IMG/VR virus record: IMGVR_UViG_3300037010_000760
Location: 4,422-68,421 of that record
Length of the DNA stretch: 64,000 bases
Reading direction: 5' to 3' (one strand)
Source: a virus
Numbering within the stretch: position 1 is the first letter of the stretch; every line of letters starts with the position of its first letter. Under the pieces are notes generated by a model. It saw only the letters and a program-made list of their open reading frames with translations. It made no database searches and was not told the DNA's origin. Below, piece by piece: positions 40,595-48,896 of this stretch. The position numbers and the translations under genes are program-made.

Positions 40595-40763
40595 TCTTTT
40601 TTCCTTGGTTCATAGGTTGTTTTCTCAATTCCATAATGCACTCGTTATGCATTGTGAAAATATCTCTGTAGAAGTTAGGAGTGCCACCATATTTCTTAGC
40701 ACGCTCTTCAGCAGAGGGCACCAACTTAATTGGTTTATGGCAGTGTTTACACAGATGTTGCAT
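40569..40763 (-). CDS. small Cys/His (zinc-binding-like) early protein
   Basis: 'CKHCHKPIKLVPSAEERA...HNEC'. Confidence 0.6.
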   Translation of the reverse strand: MQHLCKHCHKPIKLVPSAEERAKKYGGTPNFYRDIFTMHNECIMELRKQPMNQGKKNVLIERVR

Positions 40764-41043
40764 GCTTTTTAATCCAGTCTAGTCTTGATGCATTCATATA
40801 TATAGCTCCTTTATGACACTCAATGACGTATTCAATACGATTTTCGTTAAATGGATATACCTCACTTAATTCTGCTTCATGGAATTGATCATATAGACTC
40901 TCTCGGTAATTATAGCTAGTCGTATTGTTTTTAACAACAAATATGATTAAGTTACTGCATAAACCAGTCTTCTCCGAAAATGGATACTCGCTCTCACCAG
41001 TATCTATCCATTTCAAAATTTCCTTGTAGAAATCAGTTAACAT
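40747..41043 (-). CDS. hypothetical early protein
   Basis: 'WID..GLCSNL..YPFN..MNASRLDWI'. Confidence 0.6.
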   Translation of the reverse strand: MLTDFYKEILKWIDTGESEYPFSEKTGLCSNLIIFVVKNNTTSYNYRESLYDQFHEAELSEVYPFNENRIEYVIECHKGAIYMNASRLDWIKKHATSV

Positions 41044-41557
41044 TGAATCTCTCTAGAATAAATTTATAACAGAGTATTGCTTGCTCTTGGCTAGCAATGT
41101 CAAATACAGGTATGCCTAGTGATTTAGCAATTCTTATTGCTTGACCAGTACCACCACTACCTAAAGCATTTGGTGTCCAGCAGATAACCATATCTACTGG
41201 ATCATTCAAATTGATACCAAGAAGCTGATACACATTACGTGTATGTAATTTCTTAGCTGCTATGCTGCACCTATCCCATGTAGGATGGGCCTTAGAGGCA
41301 ATTTCTAGGGCTTTATCTGTCCAAGGTGGGACAATGAATCCATTACGCACCCTGGCCCCATTGAACCCATTCCAAGGGATGAATATCTCTTTGTTTCCTT
41401 GGTTCTGATCACAACCCAGCTCAAAAGCTAAGTCAGCCCCATCAGCATGGCCAGATCGAAGAACACAACTACTAGCCAGAGATTTGCCAATGGCAAACAT
41501 GTCTTCCAGAATGTTCTGTGGAGTCCGACGACTGCCTATTCCAGCGTACTTATACAT
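41033..41557 (-). CDS. SLOG / DprA-Smf-like nucleotide-binding protein
   Basis: 'YAGIGSRRTP', 'LRSGHADGADLAFE', 'RNVYQLLG', 'GGTGQAIRIA'. Confidence 0.8.
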   Translation of the reverse strand: MYKYAGIGSRRTPQNILEDMFAIGKSLASSCVLRSGHADGADLAFELGCDQNQGNKEIFIPWNGFNGARVRNGFIVPPWTDKALEIASKAHPTWDRCSIAAKKLHTRNVYQLLGINLNDPVDMVICWTPNALGSGGTGQAIRIAKSLGIPVFDIASQEQAILCYKFILERFNVN

Positions 41558-41746
41558 TAGGTAATCCTTAGTGTAAATTGGTCAAAAAGTTCAACTTGTT
41601 TTATCGCTGAGTTGAAATGAGATTGGCGAAGCCCCAAAAAAAGAAAGAGCTAAAAATGATAGCAGTTTAGGCTATCAACTTCAGATTAACATTGTAGTTA
41701 ACTAATTTGTATGCCATACATTTGCCTATCTATCCAATAGAATAAT

Positions 41747-41776
41747 TACTGACTACCTATTTCTAGGTAGTCAGTA
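41747..41776 (-). terminator. hairpin / terminator after the gp2-like gene
   Basis: TACTGACTACCTA-TTTC-TAGGTAGTCAGTA. Confidence 0.7.
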
Positions 41777-41781
41777 TTTCA

Positions 41782-42222
41782 TTAAAGCACCAATGGCTTA
41801 ATGAATTGGTTCACATTGCTTGGAACTGTTGCCTGCGGAGCAGAGATACGCCGAAGCTGAAGCTCCAATGCAATGGGACGATCTTCGCCTTCAGCAAGCC
41901 CTGCACCGGCTTCAATAAGCAGCTTGAGCAGCTCATTCCTTGCCTGTTGAAATGCAGCAAAGTTTTGATTCTGGCTGTTTTCAGAAAGCATCTGCATGGT
42001 ATCTACTGCAATACCAACAGGCAATGATACAAACCGATTCTCCTGCACTTGCGTGCCATCAGCCTGAATAGTCACCACTGGAACGTGATATCCCACGTTG
42101 AGCCAAAGCTGTGCTTTCGGTTTATCGCCACCAGTAACAGCAGGCTTTGCCACGTTACCAATTTGCGAATTCTTCATCGAAGCAAGGGCTGCTGCGAAAT
42201 CAATACCATTTTGACTAGCCAT
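41782..42222 (-). CDS. N4 gp2-like ssDNA-binding activator of RNAPII
   Basis: 'KAQLWLNVGY', 'FVSLPVGIAVD', 'ARNELL', 'LELQLRR'; GGAG SD; directly downstream of a vRNAP promoter. Confidence 0.85.
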   Translation of the reverse strand: MASQNGIDFAAALASMKNSQIGNVAKPAVTGGDKPKAQLWLNVGYHVPVVTIQADGTQVQENRFVSLPVGIAVDTMQMLSENSQNQNFAAFQQARNELLKLLIEAGAGLAEGEDRPIALELQLRRISAPQATVPSNVNQFIKPLVL

Positions 42223-42271
42223 GAAAGTCTCCAAAATAGCTGTGTATCCACGAATGCGGACTTAAACACCA

Positions 42272-42292
42272 CCAATACGTGCCGTAGGCACG
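42272..42292 (-). promoter_or_regulatory. vRNAP hairpin early promoter (third)
   Basis: Template (+) strand CCAATA-CGTGCC-GTA-GGCACG; C-GNA-G triloop as in N4 promoters. Confidence 0.85.
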
Positions 42293-42340
42293 CCACACCG
42301 GAGCGAAGAAACGCACCGAGAGCAAGGTGTAATTAAAAAA

Positions 42341-42364
42341 TAAGCTACCCATCAGGGTAGCTTA
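42341..42364 (-). terminator. intrinsic terminator
   Basis: TAAGCTACCC-ATCA-GGGTAGCTTA plus A-run. Confidence 0.75.
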
Positions 42365-42367
42365 GTA

Positions 42368-42448
42368 TTAATAGGCAAGTATTACACCTATGGCTATAAA
42401 GCACACGATGCAAATGAGCATATACATGAATTCAGGATCACGTTTCAT
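42368..42448 (-). CDS. 26-aa hydrophobic peptide (not in ORF track)
   Basis: MKRDPEFMYMLICIVCFIAIGVILAY; AAGGT SD; ends at the terminator. Confidence 0.4.
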   Translation of the reverse strand: MKRDPEFMYMLICIVCFIAIGVILAY

Positions 42449-42458
42449 ATTTATACCT

Positions 42459-42671
42459 TTAAACCAGTGAGTTAATACCATACTTCAAGGCAACATACTC
42501 CTCATGTAATGAGGCGAATTGCTGATGGTATACCCACACGTATGCTGGTAACCTGTCATGTGCCATATATCGCTCCAAAGTAGAATTGTCTTCATGTGCT
42601 AGTTTGTGCAACTCAATGCGAATTTCTTTTCGCAATGCAATCATGCTGCTTACCAGTTGAGTTCTTTTCAT
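42459..42671 (-). CDS. hypothetical early protein
   Basis: AGGAG SD before ATG 42671; directly after a vRNAP promoter. Confidence 0.65.
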   Translation of the reverse strand: MKRTQLVSSMIALRKEIRIELHKLAHEDNSTLERYMAHDRLPAYVWVYHQQFASLHEEYVALKYGINSLV

Positions 42672-42714
42672 TGAAGTGCTCCTTAAAAGTTGAACCAAAG
42701 TAGAAAATTTTCTA

Positions 42715-42735
42715 CCAATACATGCCGCAGGCATG
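42715..42735 (-). promoter_or_regulatory. vRNAP hairpin early promoter (second)
   Basis: Template strand CCAATA-CATGCC-GCA-GGCATG. Confidence 0.85.
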
Positions 42736-42939
42736 CTCTTATTATTGAAGCAATAGTTGGAGTTAGATTTTCGGGAGAATTAGTAAAGCTATTGAAGATA
42801 GCTAGTTGATAGGTTTTAACTATAGTAAGTTAAATTCAGTGAGATATCACTTCCCAAGTTATTATTTACCTATAGATGAATAGGTAAATAAATACCAATA
42901 GTTATGGTAACTAACCTTACTATCTACCTATCCTGCATG

Positions 42940-42973
42940 CGTACCCGTACCCGTACCCGTACCCGTACCCGTA
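42940..42973. repeat. (CGTACC)x5.7 tandem repeat
   Basis: Read directly from the sequence; intergenic. Confidence 0.95.
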
Positions 42974-43031
42974 TTTGGGTACTGGTATTAAATACCACTA
43001 CTAACGTAGTGGTATCTAGTAGCGTAAAGAG

Positions 43032-43349
43032 TTACTTCACGCTAGCAAGTGCAACTCGTACACGTTCCTTGGTGGCAAGAAACAGCACTTGTTCCTCTGC
43101 ACTGAGATTGAGCGCCTTGATCTCACGTAAACGCTCTGCTTGTGCCTTGGCTACACGATCTTCTGCCATTTCATCACAAAGGATTTCCATAGCAGCATAA
43201 TCCTTGCGCTGTTGCTTACTCTGCATTTCTGCATACTGATTCAACATTTCTGCGCCAGTAGACGCAGCGTTGAGGGTTGACGTAATCACTGTTGCTGATG
43301 ACGTAACAGTACCGAGCAAAGCACCAAAGGTTGCTTTAATAGAAGCCAT
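43032..43349 (-). CDS. first early gene (gp1-like of N4-like phages)
   Basis: 'MASIKATFGALLGTVT'; lies immediately downstream of the first vRNAP promoter. Confidence 0.75.
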   Translation of the reverse strand: MASIKATFGALLGTVTSSATVITSTLNAASTGAEMLNQYAEMQSKQQRKDYAAMEILCDEMAEDRVAKAQAERLREIKALNLSAEEQVLFLATKERVRVALASVK

Positions 43350-43381
43350 ATTCATTCCCCAATTGACAGCACGAAGATGTG

Positions 43382-43402
43382 CCAATAGCTACCGCAGGTA
43401 GC
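43382..43402 (-). promoter_or_regulatory. vRNAP hairpin early promoter (first)
   Basis: Template strand CCAATA-GCTACC-GCA-GGTAGC. Confidence 0.85.
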
Positions 43403-43897
43403 AGGTGTAGTGGGTATACCATACCGGGGGGGATACATTCAGCTACTGGGGGGTAGCTGGTGTAATACAGTAAAACAGAACACAGCAACAAAAATATTTG
43501 TAATATTTTTCTCTATATAGTTTTTCAAAAATATATTTAAAAAAAATTCTATATAAAAAAAAAATGGGGAGATAGAGTTAACTATCTCCCCAAACACACA
43601 TCAACGAGAATCAGGTACGTTTAAGCAAGTACCTGTTTGCTACTAGATCAAACTCTATACACTTTCGTGCCGGAAGATGAGTTCTCTAGTTGTAGCAGTT
43701 ATATCCCCACACACTACTTGGGTTGGTACTCTCGGCTAGGAGAGTACCTACTCATTCTATAGTAGATTCTTTTATATTTTATGGTTCTGTGTTCACACAG
43801 AACAATAGGCTATCCCATCCCTGTTCTTTCAAAGGGATTTTCAGATTTAGCTAAGGATAGCCTAAAGTATATACTATGGGCTTCATTTTTTTAGGGG
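43403..43897. other. divergent non-coding junction; probable physical genome end / collapsed terminal repeat region
   Basis: Strand switch between early and late genes, AT tracts and many hairpins. In N4-like phages the termini map between the last late-strand gene and gp1. Confidence 0.6.
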
Positions 43898-44299
43898 ATG
43901 CCCATGGAAGTTGAAAAAATTATCGTTTTAGGATGCATCCCAATGGTTCTTGGGGAGTTCATCGATCTGATGGATACCGTAGCAACGGAGGAGCAAGATC
44001 GCTGCTCTGAGGGGTTTCTAGTGACCCTGCCAACTGGGCAAGACTGGATTGCCTCCAGTAAGCTTACTGATATGCATTTCACTAATAAGTTAAATTGGAA
44101 GATGCCATATAAGTTGGTGATAATTGAACTACTGGTACTTCAAAAGAAGTACAAAGAGTTTCTTTCTTTTATTGGTTCAGCGCAGTTCAAGTTGTTGCTT
44201 GAGGAAGATAAATCTGATCTAATATGCAAATGCACGGCTCTTGGTGAGTACCTATGGTTTACTCGCAAGCTAATTAAACGTAACTTTTCTGGAGAATAA
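43898..44299 (+). CDS. hypothetical protein (crAss001_48-like helical C-domain)
   Basis: 'PMVLGEF...EGFLVTL' N-part; 'ELLVLQKKYKEFLSFIGSAQFKLL...LGEYL' C-part. Confidence 0.55.
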   Translation: MPMEVEKIIVLGCIPMVLGEFIDLMDTVATEEQDRCSEGFLVTLPTGQDWIASSKLTDMHFTNKLNWKMPYKLVIIELLVLQKKYKEFLSFIGSAQFKLLLEEDKSDLICKCTALGEYLWFTRKLIKRNFSGE

Positions 44300-44301
44300 C
44301 C

Positions 44302-44988
44302 ATGCTTACTAAAGATCAAATTGAAAAAGCAGTACCTGCCCATTTGAAAAGCAACATCACACAATCATTAGTTGATTTAGTGAATAACATTTCAACTGAC
44401 CCTGAGTTTGCTGAAAGCGTAAGAAATAACTTCATCTCTTATACCTCTGTTCTGAAGGATGGTAAGTTTAAAACAGAAGACTATGTACATGCCGTAGCAT
44501 ATGTTAGTTACAAGGTGATGGGCTACACAAACCAAGATGCGTATGCCAGAACATTTCCTCAAAGATACGCTGCCTTGATTGCTAAAGGCACTGTTAGTAA
44601 AGACATTGCTGCTTATGTATCAGCATATAACAAGGGTAAACTTGTCAATCTGATTCTTGAACAGACATTAGTCCCCACTTGGGTGTTGAATCAAGACCTG
44701 TACCAGAAGGCCATCAATGTGCAGGCCGACCTAATGGCTAATTCGATGAGTGACAAGGTGAAGTGCGAAGCAGCGAATTCCTTGCTCACCCACCTAACTA
44801 AGCCAAAAGAGGTAGGGCCACTGATTAATTTTGACATGCGAGAAAACTCTGGTATGAATGAAATGCGAGAGTTACTTGCTAAAATGGCACAGAAACAGCA
44901 GGAACTTATTACCGGTGGTGTACCTACCCATATTATCGCATCCCAGTCTATCATTGATGTGAAGGCTAAAGACAATGGCACTCATTAA
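44302..44988 (+). CDS. N4 gp69-like protein (putative terminase small subunit)
   Basis: 'NFISYTSVLKDGKFK..DYVHAVAYVSYK', 'EAANSLLTHL'; upstream of terL. Confidence 0.8.
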   Translation: MLTKDQIEKAVPAHLKSNITQSLVDLVNNISTDPEFAESVRNNFISYTSVLKDGKFKTEDYVHAVAYVSYKVMGYTNQDAYARTFPQRYAALIAKGTVSKDIAAYVSAYNKGKLVNLILEQTLVPTWVLNQDLYQKAINVQADLMANSMSDKVKCEAANSLLTHLTKPKEVGPLINFDMRENSGMNEMRELLAKMAQKQQELITGGVPTHIIASQSIIDVKAKDNGTH

Positions 44989-46567
44989 GCAAAAACTTGA
45001 TGAGTGGTTAGATCAAGTTAACTACTCTGGGTTAAACTCCAATAGCTATATACCTAGTGATTTTGCCCTAACATTTATGAACTTCATTAAGTTAGTAAAT
45101 GGTTCTGTTGGAGAGTCACATAAGACACCTCCAGTACATTTAAAGATGCTGGATAAGATGATAACCCCACAATCTTACATAGCTAATCTATGTTTTCGTG
45201 GTGCTGCTAAGACAACTTTATTCATGGAGTATTTCACCCTATACGTGAGTATGTTTAATCACCTACCTGGGTTTGGTAAAATAGATGGAATGATCTATGT
45301 TTCTGACTCTATGGAGAACGGGGTAAAGACAGCAAGAAAAAATATTGAGTTTCGCTATAACAATAGCGAGTTTTTACAACAGTGGGTTCCAAAAGCATCA
45401 TTCACAGACAACTACTTAGAGTTCCAGAACACAGAGGGCAATGTTCTTGGAGTGAAGATGTTCGGTGCCAAGACTGGTCTTCGTGGTACGAAGATTTTTG
45501 GTAAGCGACCTGTTATTGCTATTCTTGATGACTTGGTTAGCGATGATGATTCCAAGTCTAAGGCAGCAATGATTGCCATTAAAGATACTGTTTACAAGGG
45601 AGTAAACCACGCACTCGACCCCACCCGGAGAAAAGTAGTCTTCAATGGCACCCCATTCAACATGGATGACATTCTGATCGAAGCTGTGGAGTCTGGGGCT
45701 TGGGATGTAAACGTGTGGCCAGTATGCGAAAAATTTCCTTGCACTGAGGAAGAATTTGTCGGGGCATGGGAGGATAGATTCTCCTATCAGTACATCCAAG
45801 AACAGTACGATATGGCCGTCAAGACTGGAAAGTTAGCTTCATTTTTTCAAGAGCTGATGTTGCGAATCACATCGGAAGAAGAAAAATTAGTACAAGATGG
45901 GGATATTCAGTGGTACAGTCGTAAAAATTTACTGGAGCATAAATCCTCCTTTAACTTCTACATCACGACTGATTTTGCTACATCTGCAAAGCAGACAGCA
46001 GACTATTCAGTCATCTCTGTATGGGCATATAACTCAAATGGAGACTGGTTTTGGGTAGATGGTACATGCGAACGACAGACGATGGACAAGTCAATTGATG
46101 ATTTGTTTCGTTTGGTTCAGCAATATCGTCCACAGCAAGTTGGTGTAGAGATAACAGGCCAACAAGGTGCCTTCATATCTTGGATGAAGAATGAAATGAT
46201 GAACCGGAATATCTGGTTTAACTTTGCCTCATCAGATAAGACAGGTCATACCCCTGGCATACGTCCAATCACAGATAAACTGTCTCGATTTAACCTTGTT
46301 GTTCCTTGGTTCAAAGCTGGAAAAATGCATTGGCCCGAGGAGATGAAACATAGTGTTATAGTTGGCACGTTTATGCAGCAAATTCGTTTAGCAACGTCAA
46401 GTGGTTTAAAAGGCAAAGATGACTGCATAGATACAATTTCTATGCTTGGATTCTTATCACCATGGAGACCATCAGATTCAGTACCTGCCACCAAAACTGA
46501 AGTGGATTTATGGGAAGATGAATACCCAGAAGCCAGTCAAAATGCTTTGGCCACTTACATTGTTTGA
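44975..46567 (+). CDS. terL: terminase large subunit
   Basis: 'CFRGAAKTT', 'ILDDL', 'GTPF', nuclease 'TTDFATS', 'DDCIDTISML'. Confidence 0.95.
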   Translation: MALIKQKLDEWLDQVNYSGLNSNSYIPSDFALTFMNFIKLVNGSVGESHKTPPVHLKMLDKMITPQSYIANLCFRGAAKTTLFMEYFTLYVSMFNHLPGFGKIDGMIYVSDSMENGVKTARKNIEFRYNNSEFLQQWVPKASFTDNYLEFQNTEGNVLGVKMFGAKTGLRGTKIFGKRPVIAILDDLVSDDDSKSKAAMIAIKDTVYKGVNHALDPTRRKVVFNGTPFNMDDILIEAVESGAWDVNVWPVCEKFPCTEEEFVGAWEDRFSYQYIQEQYDMAVKTGKLASFFQELMLRITSEEEKLVQDGDIQWYSRKNLLEHKSSFNFYITTDFATSAKQTADYSVISVWAYNSNGDWFWVDGTCERQTMDKSIDDLFRLVQQYRPQQVGVEITGQQGAFISWMKNEMMNRNIWFNFASSDKTGHTPGIRPITDKLSRFNLVVPWFKAGKMHWPEEMKHSVIVGTFMQQIRLATSSGLKGKDDCIDTISMLGFLSPWRPSDSVPATKTEVDLWEDEYPEASQNALATYIV

Positions 46568-46572
46568 AAATC

Positions 46573-47277
46573 ATGCGCCTACGAGATTTGTTTGAAAATT
46601 TGGTTAATGGTGAGTTATCTAACTTAGCAATGGCTACTACTTTAGTTAGTGACACTATTACGCCAGACCATAAAAAAGTAGTCATCTACGCAAATGATGC
46701 TCTTATACGACTCTATTCAAAATTTGTTTTGAAAGAGAATGATATTATTATTATCACCCAGAGTGGTATAACAAATTATCACTTGGATAGTAGATTTTCT
46801 ATTCAAGGGCATGATGGTAAGTTGATAAGAGTACCGTATATACAAGATTTGCCACAAGAACCTTTTACTAATGATGTAGTGAAGATACTTGCTGTGTATG
46901 ATAATAGTGGTTGTGAGCTTGCCCTCAATGATGCTGAGTGCTATAACTCTGTTTACACACCACAAGCAAACGTTTTGCAGGTTCCAAGACCCTATGATGG
47001 GATGGTACTGAGTGTGCTGTATCAGGCAAAACACGAAACCCTATCTATAGAAAATATAGAACAGATAATTGAGTTGCCTGATGTATTGATTAGCGCCTTT
47101 ACAGCCTATATTGCTTATAAGGTACATAGCCATATTAATACGCAGGAATCCTCTGCTAAAGCTCAGGAACACCTGACCTTATATACATCACTAACTGATG
47201 ATGTTTTGCGTGATGACACTGTTGGTGTTAGTATATCTGGCACTAATGTTAGATTTCAAAAACGTGGATGGATTTAA
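46573..47277 (+). CDS. virion adaptor/neck protein (N4 gp67-like)
   Basis: 'GELSNL', 'LIRLYSKF', 'YQAKH', C-terminal 'FQKRGWI'; synteny. Confidence 0.8.
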   Translation: MRLRDLFENLVNGELSNLAMATTLVSDTITPDHKKVVIYANDALIRLYSKFVLKENDIIIITQSGITNYHLDSRFSIQGHDGKLIRVPYIQDLPQEPFTNDVVKILAVYDNSGCELALNDAECYNSVYTPQANVLQVPRPYDGMVLSVLYQAKHETLSIENIEQIIELPDVLISAFTAYIAYKVHSHINTQESSAKAQEHLTLYTSLTDDVLRDDTVGVSISGTNVRFQKRGWI

Positions 47278-47279
47278 TC

Positions 47280-47758
47280 ATGAATATGCGTACAGTATTT
47301 AATTCTTGTGGGAGTCAAGACTCATTAGTAGATAAGCGTATAGGCAATGCCTTTGATACGGTACAACAAGTTGCCCTAAATCTTGGAATGCTGCAATACA
47401 TTGTCGATAACATGGAGGCAATCTATTCTGCTGCTACGCATGAACCTATTTTGAGTCCTGTTCCTATTATCTCATTTATCTCAGCAAGTTATGTAGCAGC
47501 AGATCACTTAGATGATCGGTATAGACATGTTAGATTGAATAATACAATTAGTGTGTCTGTGTTAGATATATATGGACTTATTGAGATAGGCTCATGGTAT
47601 CAATTTAAAAATACCAAAACAACTGCTATTTCCCTCATTGGAGGAACTTTTAACTTACCTTTGGGTACTAAATCAAGTCTTCGTGCTAAAGGTGAGATGC
47701 GTATCCTTAAAGTCTCTGCTACAGAGTGGGATGTTGTAGGTGATATGGAGGCAATATA

Positions 47759-47759
<1 letters not shown>
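47280..47759 (+). CDS. short tail-appendage anchor protein (gp66-like N-terminus)
   Basis: 'LVDKRIGNAFDTVQQVALNL' resembles the virion-attachment N-terminus of N4-like appendage proteins; only about 160 aa. Confidence 0.6.
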
Positions 47760-48895
<1,136 letters not shown>

Positions 48896-48896
48896 T

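Noticed and set aside
41625-41633. GGC-GAA-GCC as a fourth vRNAP promoter
   Set aside because: Only a 3-bp stem and lacks the CCAATA element shared by the three promoters.
42904-43200. + strand ORF with RTRTRT repeat
   Set aside because: Translation of the CGTACC microsatellite, antisense to the gp1-like gene.
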